The notes below the pieces were generated by a model that was not told where the DNA came from, did not search any database, and saw only the letters and a program-made list of their open reading frames with translations. Position numbers and translations under genes: made by a program. Positions 27,733 to 36,914 of a stretch of DNA of 36,914 nt are shown piece after piece. The stretch comes from Minisyncoccia bacterium (GTDB lineage Bacteria > Patescibacteriota > Minisyncoccia > Phycocordibacterales > UBA9973). How positions within the stretch are numbered: position 1 is the stretch's first letter; every line of letters starts with the position of its first letter. The stretch lies in NCBI GenBank assembly GCA_038247045.1, contig JBBRVK010000003.1, positions 1 through 36,914 on the forward strand, read 5' to 3'.

Positions 27733-27767
27733 TAAAAAACACTTCCATTAATTGGAAGTGTTTTTTA
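27733..27767. terminator. bidirectional intrinsic terminator
   Basis: taaaaaacacttcca-ttaat-tggaagtgtttttta between convergent genes. Confidence 0.87.
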
Positions 27768-29540
27768 AATCTTTAATTTAAAACCACCAGATTGTATATC
27801 CCAAAGTTTTTTATATATACCATTCTTCTTATTAATTAGTTCATCGTGAGTTCCATCTTCTGCAATTTTTCCTGCTGAAATAACAATGATGCGATTCATT
27901 TCACGAATAGTTGATAAACGATGAGCAATAACAATAACTGTCTTCCCTTCAATGAGATTGTGAAGTGCATTCTGAATAACTGACTCAGATTCAGAATCAA
28001 GAGCCGAGGTGGCCTCATCAAGTATAAGAATAGGAGCATTTTTCAATATGGCACGAGCAATAGCTACACGCTGACGCTCTCCACCGGAGAGTTTTATCCC
28101 CCGCTCTCCAACATATGTTTTAAATCCAAGAGGAAGATTATGGATAAAATCATCACAATAGGCCAAACTAGCGGCTTTCATCACTTCTTCATCTGTTGCT
28201 TCACGTCTACCATAACGAATATTTTCCATTAAAGAACGATGGAACAAAACTGGATCCTGAGGCACAAAACCAATCTGTTCTCTTAAATTTTTCTGTGAAA
28301 TTGATGTTATATCAACTCCATCAATCAAAATTCGGCCATCTTGTATATTAAATAATCTCATCAGAAGCCTGACAAAGGTAGACTTCCCTGCTCCTGAGGA
28401 ACCAACGATAGCAATCTTCTCTCCGGCTTCTATTGTTAAGGAAAAATTATCAAAAACTTTTTGATTATTATTTTCATAGACATAATTAATATTATCAAAA
28501 ACAACCTTACCTTGAACATCTTTTATCTCTGTTTCAATATTATCTCCCACACTGTAGGGAGTATTAAGAACGACAGCCATTTCTTGTGCATCAGCAAACC
28601 CATCATAGAAGGTACGCACAATACCTCCAAATCCCCAGAGATTTTCAATTAAACGTATCATATAGTTTTGTAACAAGACAATAACTGGCAATCCGATTAA
28701 ACCAAGCTTCCAATCCCCAAGTGCAATCCAAAAAATAATAAACTCAATAACAACAGAATACAAACTCTGAATGGCTCCTAATGTTTCCCATAAATACCAA
28801 TTTAAAACTGTCGCCCTTTTTTGTTCTCCAATGACAAAACCAACTCTTTCCTTTTCATAATCATGCCCAGCAAAAAGTTGAATTGATGAATGATTACTAA
28901 TAGAATCGGCAAGCGCTCCAGTTGTTTTAGTATCAGATTCAGCCGCAATAATATCATATTTTAATTTATAACGAGTATAAACAAGAGCTGTCAATAAAAA
29001 AATAAAACAAAAGATTGATAAAATGTAGGCATATTTAGGAACCATAGTGTAGATAGCTATAACTGTACCAATAGCTCTAATAAAAAGAGGAAGTCCATCG
29101 CTGACCATTCGATCAGCTAAACGCTCAAAGGCTCGAGCATATTTATTTACTTTCTGAGTTAGTGAACCACCAAAATTATTTGCAAAGAAGGAGTGTGAGT
29201 GTCCTATCATATAGGAGAAGGCTTGTTTACGCAATCCTTCCATTACATTTGCTTGAAAATATGAATTGGTAAAACCAGCAATTCGACGAAAAACCCAACG
29301 AATAATACCTAAAATAAGAATTAAAATAACAATTGATTTTGCTTCATTAATTAAGTTAAAATTATTTTGACTTAAAACATTCCAAAGCTTTAAAAACTGT
29401 AATGGTAGATATATATCTAGAGCTGAGGCAATGACGGTAAAGAAAATAATGGTTAAAAATGAGACTTTAAATCCCCTAATTACTTGCCAAAAGTATTTTA
29501 ATACCAACCCTCTATGTAAATTTGAGTAGTCTTTTTCCAT
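27765..29540 (-). CDS. ABC exporter, fused permease + ATP-binding domain
   Basis: N-terminal TM domain, GSSGAGKST, VPQDP, LSGGERQR, ILDEATSALD, IAHRLST. Confidence 0.95.
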   Translation of the reverse strand: MEKDYSNLHRGLVLKYFWQVIRGFKVSFLTIIFFTVIASALDIYLPLQFLKLWNVLSQNNFNLINEAKSIVILILILGIIRWVFRRIAGFTNSYFQANVMEGLRKQAFSYMIGHSHSFFANNFGGSLTQKVNKYARAFERLADRMVSDGLPLFIRAIGTVIAIYTMVPKYAYILSIFCFIFLLTALVYTRYKLKYDIIAAESDTKTTGALADSISNHSSIQLFAGHDYEKERVGFVIGEQKRATVLNWYLWETLGAIQSLYSVVIEFIIFWIALGDWKLGLIGLPVIVLLQNYMIRLIENLWGFGGIVRTFYDGFADAQEMAVVLNTPYSVGDNIETEIKDVQGKVVFDNINYVYENNNQKVFDNFSLTIEAGEKIAIVGSSGAGKSTFVRLLMRLFNIQDGRILIDGVDITSISQKNLREQIGFVPQDPVLFHRSLMENIRYGRREATDEEVMKAASLAYCDDFIHNLPLGFKTYVGERGIKLSGGERQRVAIARAILKNAPILILDEATSALDSESESVIQNALHNLIEGKTVIVIAHRLSTIREMNRIIVISAGKIAEDGTHDELINKKNGIYKKLWDIQSGGFKLKI

Positions 29541-29607
29541 AAATATTAGATAGATTAAACCCCATCGGTCAACTATAGCAAATATCAGCTAAAATGCGAA
29601 ACTAAGC

Positions 29608-29642
29608 AACACTTCCCACACCGGGTGTGGAAAGTGTTTTTT
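29608..29642. terminator. intrinsic terminator-like hairpin
   Basis: aacacttcccacac-cgg-gtgtggaaagtgtttttt downstream of the GH130 genes. Confidence 0.75.
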
Positions 29643-29657
29643 AATTTTGATAGTTAA

Positions 29658-31598
29658 TTACATTTCGTTGAAGCCTTTTCCTCGAAGTAAGGCATCTAAA
29701 ATTATTGAGAGTTTCATAGTAGCAACTCCGACAACTTTGTCAGCCCCACCATAATAAATAAATAATGTTTTATTTTTTACAACCATACCACAAGGGAAAA
29801 CTACATTATTTACTATCCCATATTTCTCATAGTCTTCACTTGGTGCAAATATTGGGTCCGAACTTCGGGCAAGGACTATTGCAGGATCTTTTAAATCAAG
29901 AAGTAGTGCTCCTACTCGATAAGTAGAATGACTTTTTGAAACTCCATGATAAAGAAGTAGCCATCCATATTTTGTTTTTATAGGAGGGGCGGTGATCCCA
30001 ACCTTTGCACTATCCCAAGTATTCAAACGTGGCCCAATAACCCTAATACACTTATTAACTTTATCTGAATCAAAATCGAGACTATGAAGATAATCGCCAC
30101 ACATTTCATTGTTTACTCGATGTAGTATAAAATATCCATCTTTAAATTTTTCTGGAAAAATACAAGTATCCTTATCATCAAAACCTTCAGGGGTAATTAA
30201 AAATGGCTTACTCCAATTCCACTTTTTAGCCAAAAAATCACCTTCCGAAATATAAGAAACCGCAACCCGAGGAGGATTTGCTCCGTCATAAGCCGTATAG
30301 CACATATATAAGTTCTTCCCTATTTTTGTGATTCGAGGATCTTCGCAACCAGAATTACCATTTGGTATTTTCTTCATTTCAAAATCTTCTCGAGGAAAAT
30401 AAATTGGAGTTTCTAACCTTTCATCAATAGTAAAACCATCACTACTGCTAGCATATCCAATAAAAGAAGTATTATCAGATGAAAGAGTTCGGTATAAAAT
30501 ATGTACTTTACCTTTTAGGTAAATTGCAGCTGGATTAAAAGTCGCTGTTGCTTCCCATTTATTGTTTTCTCTTGGAGAAATTACTGGATTACCAGAAAAA
30601 CGTTTAAATTCCCATTCTTCATTCTTGTCTACATTCATGGTCTTAATAAGATCAAGTAATGATAAATGAGCGACGCAAACAGTCGTATCTGCCGCTCCAT
30701 AATATATAGATAATTTATCCTTATCGATTAGTGCCCCTGTTGGAAAAATTACATTATCAATATAACCAGACATTTCGTAGTTTTCTTCTGGAACTAAAAT
30801 TGGGCCAGCAGTCCGTCCTATAATTTTTGTCGGGTCTTTTAAATCCAGAAGTAATGCTTCAATTCCAAAAATTCTATCTAAATTTTCAGGCCCTTTAAAA
30901 TAATTTTGAATATGTGAATAAACAAGCAACCATCCATATTTAGTATGAAGGGGTGGAGCTCCAACCTCAAGATGATCATAATTATTTCGAGTAAAGTTTA
31001 CAGTATGACTATCTAAATCTTTAAACCATTCACTCCAAAAATTTACATCCCATAATTGTTCTATTTTATCCAATTTAGCAATACATACTTTGGCTGGTGG
31101 CATATCAGTATTGGCAGAAAAAATAACAACAATTTTACCATCGATTCTTTTTGGGAAAAGAGTCATAGCTTTTGCGTTAAAAGGTGTCACCAAATGTCTT
31201 TCCTCAACTTTTTTTAAATCTTTCGAAATAGCAACGGCGACCTTAATACTATCTGGTCCAAAAGGAAATTTAGAAAGTGCAGTATAAAAAGTATAATATT
31301 TACCTTCAAAAAAAGTTACTCTTGGGTCTTCACAGCCACATGCATCCCAAATCTCTTCTGGTTTAATAAATGGGGTTCTGTCTTCAAAATGAATTCCATC
31401 ATCACTGTGGCCAATACCAATTACGGAAGTTTGTTTTTGTTTTTTTAAATTATCAACAGCTGAGATAGCGCGATAAAGACCATATATTTTATTTCCATGC
31501 TTTATTGGACACATATTGAAAGTAGCAAACTCTTCCCAGTAATGACCTTGATTTGGAATTAATATTGGATTTTGTTCTGATCTTTTTGTGACATACAT
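29658..31598 (-). CDS. tandem two-domain GH130 family glycoside phosphorylase/hydrolase
   Basis: Two copies of NP(I/V)...WE..ATFN, GCEDPR(V/I)T, GWLL.Y, NV(I/V)FP.G, IYYG(A/G)AD. Confidence 0.88.
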   Translation of the reverse strand: MYVTKRSEQNPILIPNQGHYWEEFATFNMCPIKHGNKIYGLYRAISAVDNLKKQKQTSVIGIGHSDDGIHFEDRTPFIKPEEIWDACGCEDPRVTFFEGKYYTFYTALSKFPFGPDSIKVAVAISKDLKKVEERHLVTPFNAKAMTLFPKRIDGKIVVIFSANTDMPPAKVCIAKLDKIEQLWDVNFWSEWFKDLDSHTVNFTRNNYDHLEVGAPPLHTKYGWLLVYSHIQNYFKGPENLDRIFGIEALLLDLKDPTKIIGRTAGPILVPEENYEMSGYIDNVIFPTGALIDKDKLSIYYGAADTTVCVAHLSLLDLIKTMNVDKNEEWEFKRFSGNPVISPRENNKWEATATFNPAAIYLKGKVHILYRTLSSDNTSFIGYASSSDGFTIDERLETPIYFPREDFEMKKIPNGNSGCEDPRITKIGKNLYMCYTAYDGANPPRVAVSYISEGDFLAKKWNWSKPFLITPEGFDDKDTCIFPEKFKDGYFILHRVNNEMCGDYLHSLDFDSDKVNKCIRVIGPRLNTWDSAKVGITAPPIKTKYGWLLLYHGVSKSHSTYRVGALLLDLKDPAIVLARSSDPIFAPSEDYEKYGIVNNVVFPCGMVVKNKTLFIYYGGADKVVGVATMKLSIILDALLRGKGFNEM

Positions 31599-31601
31599 AT
31601 A

Positions 31602-32909
31602 TTATATATTTTTGGTATTTTTTAACTTAATAATCTTATCTTCTTTCAGACTCTCAATCAACTCTTTAAGTGAAACAGAAGCAACACAAACAAATTTATC
31701 AGCCCCACCATAATAAACATATAATTTACCTTTTTTAACTACAGCTCCACATGAATATATGACCCCCCATTTATGTCCATTATTTTCATAATTTTCTTCT
31801 GGCTCCATAATTGGATTTTTAGAACGATATAAAATTTTTGTAGGATCTTTTAAATCCAAGATTAATGCCCCCATCCTATATCTATCTGGATTTTTATGAT
31901 CCATTGCATGATAAAGAACCAACCAACCTTCTTTTATCCTAATAGGGGTTGGACCAACTCCGCGGAACCATGAATCCCAACCGCGATTTTTATCTATTGG
32001 TCGAGTATTATTACTTTTTATAAATCTTGTTCCATCAAGCTCATTAAGACTATCAAAATAATTAATTAAAATATCTGGATAAAAACTATGCATAATAGCA
32101 AACTTACCATTTATTTTTTCAGGGAAAAGAACCCAATTTTTATTCATTTCACCAGGAGGTGAAATTAAAACTTCTTTTTTCCAATTCCATCTTTTATTCT
32201 TAAAATCATCTAGTGAAATTGAGGTTAGTGCCATACGAAGAGATCCCCAACCATCAAAAGCAGTATAAATCATATAAAGGGTATCATCAATCAAAGTAAT
32301 ACGAGGGTCTTCGCATCCACCATTTTCTCCACCACCCGACGAATAATTAAGAGGTAACCCTGATTTAATAAAATTATTAAATCTTCGATAAATACAATAA
32401 GTGGGCCTTTCATCGATTGAAAGACCATCAGAACTTGAAGCATAGCCTAAGACAGAAGAATCATCTTCCCCCATTGCTCGGTATATAATATGAATTTTAC
32501 CATCATGCTCAAAAGCCGCAGGATTAAAAGTTGCTTTTGACTCCCAACCATATGCACTTGGAGAAATAATTGGATTATGAGAAACTTTTTTTAATTTAAA
32601 TGGTTTTTCTTCTTTAGCTGAACTTTCTTTTTTTTCAATCTTCTCTTTATTTTTTAATTTAACAGTTTTTTTCTTTAATAAAGAAGTTTTCTTCGTTTTA
32701 GATTTAATTTTAGTTGTTGAAATTTTTCTAATAGGTTTACGTACTAAAACTTTACTAATTTTATCTAAATTAACACCTTGAATAATCTTCTTGGATAAAG
32801 CTTTTTTGTTCAGTGATTCATCTTCCTTTTTACTCATTCCCATTGAAATAGCAACTTTTTTAAAAATAGACTTAATTGAATTTTTGTTTTTTTTATTTAA
32901 AGATGCCAT
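31602..32909 (-). CDS. GH130 family protein with Lys-rich N-terminal extension
   Basis: WESKATFNPAA, GCEDPRIT, NKNWVLFPEKING, GWLVLYH, VYYGGAD. Confidence 0.88.
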   Translation of the reverse strand: MASLNKKNKNSIKSIFKKVAISMGMSKKEDESLNKKALSKKIIQGVNLDKISKVLVRKPIRKISTTKIKSKTKKTSLLKKKTVKLKNKEKIEKKESSAKEEKPFKLKKVSHNPIISPSAYGWESKATFNPAAFEHDGKIHIIYRAMGEDDSSVLGYASSSDGLSIDERPTYCIYRRFNNFIKSGLPLNYSSGGGENGGCEDPRITLIDDTLYMIYTAFDGWGSLRMALTSISLDDFKNKRWNWKKEVLISPPGEMNKNWVLFPEKINGKFAIMHSFYPDILINYFDSLNELDGTRFIKSNNTRPIDKNRGWDSWFRGVGPTPIRIKEGWLVLYHAMDHKNPDRYRMGALILDLKDPTKILYRSKNPIMEPEENYENNGHKWGVIYSCGAVVKKGKLYVYYGGADKFVCVASVSLKELIESLKEDKIIKLKNTKNI

Positions 32910-32914
32910 AAATT

Positions 32915-33271
32915 TTATTTAACCCTACCGTAGATATCTTCATAGCGAATAATATCATTTTCATCAAATTGTCCTATTCCAATCTCAAGAACTTCCATCC
33001 CTTCTTTTCCTGCACTCATTTTATGTTTAACTCCAGATGGAACATATTGTTCACTCCCCCTTTCTGCCTTATGTTCTATGCCGTCAACAAAAAAAGCGCC
33101 ACTACCGTAGACAACGCGCCAAAACTCTGATCTTTTTGCATGACTCTGTAAACTTAAAACTCCATCAGGATTTATTGTAATAATTTTTACCGTAGAGATA
33201 GAATTTTGATTAAACCTTCGAAAGCTACCCCAAGGTCTTTTCTCTTCATATATATTAATAGAATCTTCCAT
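32915..33271 (-). CDS. mannose-6-phosphate isomerase, type II C-terminal cupin domain
   Basis: RPWGSF, LSLQSHAKRSEFW, VLEIGIG, DENDIIRYEDIYGR. Confidence 0.9.
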   Translation of the reverse strand: MEDSINIYEEKRPWGSFRRFNQNSISTVKIITINPDGVLSLQSHAKRSEFWRVVYGSGAFFVDGIEHKAERGSEQYVPSGVKHKMSAGKEGMEVLEIGIGQFDENDIIRYEDIYGRVK

Positions 33272-33319
33272 AAAAATATTATACCATAAATGTATTTTTA
33301 ATTAAATATATTAAACACC

Positions 33320-34093
33320 TTATTCAAGCCAATTTTTTATTATTTTGACAGTTTCTGCTGGTCCAGAAGTTTTAAGACATTCTATTCCTGCCTCATATGG
33401 TGAATAGTCATTTCCGCCAGGGAAAATAGCATCTCCGACAAAAATCATATCAATTTTTTCTATTTCAAGATTGTCTATCAAGCGAATAAGACCCTTAGCC
33501 TTATTAAAACCCTTAGGTAGTATGTCCAGCGAGGTTGTTCCTCCAATGTTTATATCAACTTCTGGCAGTAGTAACTCTAATTCCTTTTTAATTTCCTGAC
33601 GTTTTAATTGGTCTGGATCCCAAATTTTCTTATCCTCTAGTGGAGCATGTTGCCCAAGAGCAGAAAGAGTAATCTGAGTAATTCTATCTTCTATAATCTC
33701 ATCCCCCGCAATAATAGGAACCATATCATATTTACCAGATAAAATTAAATCTTTCAAAACCACAAGAACTTTTAACCTTACTTCTTTAGGCATTTCTTCG
33801 GTGTCTGTTACTTGCCATTCTTTATTTTCAAAATTATACTGAAATCTTCGACTTCCACTAGTCGGCAATAAATACAAATTACTGTATATTAAATCCTGGT
33901 CACTATTTTTTATATTAAAAGAAGGCAAAAACTGTTTTTCGAACTGATGGAATGAACCACCCGAAATAATAACAACCTTCCTCTCTTTAGCTAGAGAAAA
34001 TAAAATATCAGCCATCTCTTCTGACATCTGCTGTTTACTTTCAGCAAGTGTCCCATCTAAGTCAAATGCCACAATTTTTTTTAATAGATTCAT
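33320..34093 (-). CDS. HAD-IIB phosphomannomutase-like protein
   Basis: AFDLDGTL, ISGG, IEDR, IGGTTSLDI, FVGDAIFPGGNDY as in the PMM/Sec53 family. Confidence 0.85.
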   Translation of the reverse strand: MNLLKKIVAFDLDGTLAESKQQMSEEMADILFSLAKERKVVIISGGSFHQFEKQFLPSFNIKNSDQDLIYSNLYLLPTSGSRRFQYNFENKEWQVTDTEEMPKEVRLKVLVVLKDLILSGKYDMVPIIAGDEIIEDRITQITLSALGQHAPLEDKKIWDPDQLKRQEIKKELELLLPEVDINIGGTTSLDILPKGFNKAKGLIRLIDNLEIEKIDMIFVGDAIFPGGNDYSPYEAGIECLKTSGPAETVKIIKNWLE

Positions 34094-34731
34094 TATTTTG
34101 TATTTTTAAATGAAATAAAAGACATATAAATAAAGAAAAAGAACAAGAGAGTATAAGTATAAACATTATTATAATAATCAGGCTGAGTAAATATTTTCCA
34201 AATACTTGCTACTAATGAATTATGGTCAAAAAAGAAATCCCAACTATTAAAACGTAAAAATCGTCCTAAATACATTCCAAAACTAGTAAATAAGATTATA
34301 GTTAAAATAAATATTTCTGTCGTCTTCTTAGAAAATTTCAGAAGTAATATCTTTTCCATATGAAGAAGTGAATAAAGACCCATCAACATAGAAACCCATG
34401 CTGAAGAAAAAAGAAGAAATGAATCAAACATTACCGGTACAGCCCGAATCCGACCAAGGTGGATTAAATCTGTTACTACATATGGGGCATTTGGTAAAAA
34501 TAATAACCATACAATAAAGCTAATTATAAAGAATGGTTTTATTATATTTTCCCTATTGGTACGTAAAAGTAATATTGAGCTAATTAAAAATGGAACAAAA
34601 GCCAAAAATATATTCCAAACAATATAAATAAAAGAGTAATTGCCAAACAAAAGGATTCGAGAAATATTCAAAACAACAGCCAAAACAAGAAGTGTTGTTA
34701 TCTGTTTTGGTATTTTAATTTTTTTTAGCAT
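34093..34731 (-). CDS. DUF1361 membrane protein
   Basis: WNIFLAFVP, WLLFLPNAPYVVTDLIHL, GMYLGRFLRFNSWD. Confidence 0.88.
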   Translation of the reverse strand: MLKKIKIPKQITTLLVLAVVLNISRILLFGNYSFIYIVWNIFLAFVPFLISSILLLRTNRENIIKPFFIISFIVWLLFLPNAPYVVTDLIHLGRIRAVPVMFDSFLLFSSAWVSMLMGLYSLLHMEKILLLKFSKKTTEIFILTIILFTSFGMYLGRFLRFNSWDFFFDHNSLVASIWKIFTQPDYYNNVYTYTLLFFFFIYMSFISFKNTK

Positions 34732-35185
34732 ATTTATTTAAATGTTCAGAATAATCCTTTACCAACTCAGAAGAACTTCTGATCTTTCCCCCTTCGCCAA
34801 CATTAAAAACCATTTGAATTTTTAAATCATTACATAATTTAAATTCTGGAACATTGTCAGCAAAACGATCTCCACCATTAGCAAAAATATCAGGACGAAC
34901 TTTCTCTACCTCAGCACAAACACTCATATCTTCGGTGTCTTTTATATGCCCTGAAATAATAACCTCATCAACACAACTTAAGGCTTCAATTATTTCTTTT
35001 CTTTCCAACTCAGACATAAATTCCTTGCCTTTCTTTTTCCTTAACCAATTATCATTATTTATAACGACAATCAATTTATCACCTAATTTTTTAGCTTCTT
35101 GCATATAACGTATATGACCAATATGAAGTGGATCGAAACCACCACTTATCATTACTATTTTTTTATTTGAGTCTTTATTTTCCAT
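34715..35185 (-). CDS. cytidylyl/adenylyltransferase family protein (HIGH motif)
   Basis: SGGFDPLHIGH, ERKEIIEAL, PDIFANGGDR, KIRSSS. Confidence 0.9.
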   Translation of the reverse strand: MENKDSNKKIVMISGGFDPLHIGHIRYMQEAKKLGDKLIVVINNDNWLRKKKGKEFMSELERKEIIEALSCVDEVIISGHIKDTEDMSVCAEVEKVRPDIFANGGDRFADNVPEFKLCNDLKIQMVFNVGEGGKIRSSSELVKDYSEHLNKYAKKN

Positions 35186-35314
35186 ATTTACAGATATAAC
35201 AAGATGTTATACATTATATTACTAAATAAAATAAAAATAAAGAAACGTTAATTCTTTATTTTAATTATTTAAAACTTTATCCAGGTATTTTCATCATTAA
35301 TTTTAAAAAATAAG

Positions 35315-36913
35315 TTAAATTGCAGAATCGCTACTTTGAACTGCAGGCTGTATAGGATCAACAACAGCTGGAACTAAAATATTAGATTCGGCACCAGTTG
35401 TGGGAGTTTCGATATTTAAAGGATCAATAGCAGGAATTGGGTTATCTAAACTAGAAATAGGATTTAACACATCTCCAGTATTAGTAGTACTTCCTTCGTC
35501 TGGAGTATTAATTACAGCATTTGTTGTATTAACAGGAATTGTAGATTTTGTTACATTTTTATTTACTATTTCAAGGAATTGTTCTTCTGTAACACAGGTA
35601 GTTCCAACACACAAATTCTTTGTCTCTACCTTGTCGGAGTGGATAACACTAGCATATAAATCAACTATTTGATTCTTTGTATCACCTAAAAAAGCGATAA
35701 GGAGTGACCCAAGTGAAGTTGCTGATTTTGTGTCGAGTGATTTTAAATCTTCCACCTTAACATTCATCTCTTGAATTGCTTTTACTAAATATGGGGTAAG
35801 ATTGGAATAACTAATTGATTTAAGATTTACGCCGTTTAAATCTGTACTAACTAAATCAGGAAAAATTTGTTCCATTTCCTGAGCAATAAAACCAGTATGT
35901 CTACTTGCTTCATTATTTTCAGATTCCCAATTATAAGTAACAGGAGAAAGAGCAAGTATTTTTTCTAAAGTACTTTTATTATTATAATCTCTATATAATT
36001 TTTCTAAAGATAGTAAATATTCTGGATTTGTAACACTTGGTATTATCTGTAAAGCTTCACCTTCTAATGTTTTAAAATTCTTCTTTAATCTTAAGTCTGA
36101 AGAACATACAAGGGATGAAGTTGTAGGATTAATATCACAAGTTCCTGTACTATTTTGAAAACGTGATACTATCCCAACCAAACTATTATTCCCAACTTGA
36201 AGAGTATAAGTCGGAACACCCAAGGTACCAATCCCAAGTTTTCCTCCGATATAATTTTTGTTTCCATCATCAACAAACAACCCCCAGTTAGTAGCTGTTC
36301 CAGCTGATTGATTTGCAATATACAAACCATACAGATTTGTAATTGAGCCAGAAGGAACAAAGGCATTTGGAATATAAAGTGAATGTGCATTTGTAATAGA
36401 CCCAGCAGCAAGATTTTGTATTGTTGGAATCATCGCATAAGCATTTGAAACAGTTCCCGTACCTGAGTTCATAGCTTTTGAGAGAATTCCCACAAGTCCA
36501 CCTGAGCCATAGACACCAGTCATATTGGCAGTTCCTTGTTTTGTTGAATCTACTTGTGCTCCATACAAGAAGCCATTGGTATTAGCTGATGGGTCATAAT
36601 AAGATTCCGTAAAAATCCCATACTGAACAGCCGTTGAAGTTGAAGAATTATTGACATACAATTTAGCATTTTCCGTTGTGCTTGAACCTATTTCAATATT
36701 ATGATTTGTAGCATCAACAAAAAGAGTACTCGTATCAACTGTTAAATTGTGAATTCCTAAGTCTACATTTGATGTTCCGCCTGTGTAAGGAATATAAGTT
36801 CCACCTTGTTGATCTAGTTGATATCTTGTTCCTGCATTAGTTGCTGTGAAATATAGGTGCGAGCCGTCGTACTCGACTGCACCGGCTTCGGTTGTTCCGA
36901 GATTTATTCCGGA
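35315..36913 (-). CDS. 3' part of a tail-fibre-like surface protein with peptidase S74 intramolecular chaperone domain (partial)
   Basis: Frame stays open from 36661 to the window edge (SGINLGTTEAGAVEYDGSHLYFT...YIPYTGGTSNVDLG); SDLRLKKN, PVTYNW, GFIAQE, LVKAIQE; Pro/Thr-rich tail. Confidence 0.88.
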   Translation of the reverse strand, partial: SGINLGTTEAGAVEYDGSHLYFTATNAGTRYQLDQQGGTYIPYTGGTSNVDLGIHNLTVDTSTLFVDATNHNIEIGSSTTENAKLYVNNSSTSTAVQYGIFTESYYDPSANTNGFLYGAQVDSTKQGTANMTGVYGSGGLVGILSKAMNSGTGTVSNAYAMIPTIQNLAAGSITNAHSLYIPNAFVPSGSITNLYGLYIANQSAGTATNWGLFVDDGNKNYIGGKLGIGTLGVPTYTLQVGNNSLVGIVSRFQNSTGTCDINPTTSSLVCSSDLRLKKNFKTLEGEALQIIPSVTNPEYLLSLEKLYRDYNNKSTLEKILALSPVTYNWESENNEASRHTGFIAQEMEQIFPDLVSTDLNGVNLKSISYSNLTPYLVKAIQEMNVKVEDLKSLDTKSATSLGSLLIAFLGDTKNQIVDLYASVIHSDKVETKNLCVGTTCVTEEQFLEIVNKNVTKSTIPVNTTNAVINTPDEGSTTNTGDVLNPISSLDNPIPAIDPLNIETPTTGAESNILVPAVVDPIQPAVQSSDSAI

Positions 36914-36914
36914 T

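Noticed and set aside
29541-29572. Fluoride-riboswitch-like start (gaccgatggggttt) in the ABC exporter leader
   Set aside because: Leader is only about 30 nt and lacks the downstream pseudoknot elements.
531-36411. Short alternative-frame or antisense ORFs in the track (e.g. 531-821, 7269-7595, 8707-9087, 15423-15797, 26104-26379, 35400-35672)
   Set aside because: They overlap well-supported genes and have no recognisable motifs; treated as shadow ORFs.
1-36914. CRISPR arrays, tRNA/rRNA genes, transposases, integrases, recoded stop codons
   Set aside because: No regularly spaced repeats, cloverleafs or recombinase motifs seen; genes are intact under code 11.

Overview
AT-rich, gene-dense bacterial segment with genes mostly on the minus strand and standard code (TGA is used as stop, e.g. 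19317). Gene content and protein styles (CPR-type L28, split comEC, type IV pilus minor-pilin block, large surface proteins with S74 tail-fibre chaperone) suggest a Patescibacteria/Parcubacteria genome; this is an inference. Main blocks: S2P protease and rpmB; split comEC interrupted by a SOD + APS kinase + RaxST-like sulfotransferase islet; rnhA, recJ, HIT, pgk, tpiA; type IV pilus operon; cutA, DsbB and a thioredoxin-like partner; a cobalamin locus; transporters; a GH130-PMI-PMM mannoside cluster; partial surface-protein genes at both ends. The best candidate for an undescribed system is the cobalamin locus (19317-25303): class II B12-dependent RNR, a stand-alone ECF S-component, a cobalamin riboswitch with a hairpin inserted in its L4 loop, a DUF4430 protein and a 772-aa surface protein that looks like a domain-permuted transcobalamin. 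Many transcription units show a -10 box exactly 6 nt before the ATG, suggesting leaderless mRNAs. All family calls are from motif recognition by eye, not database searches.
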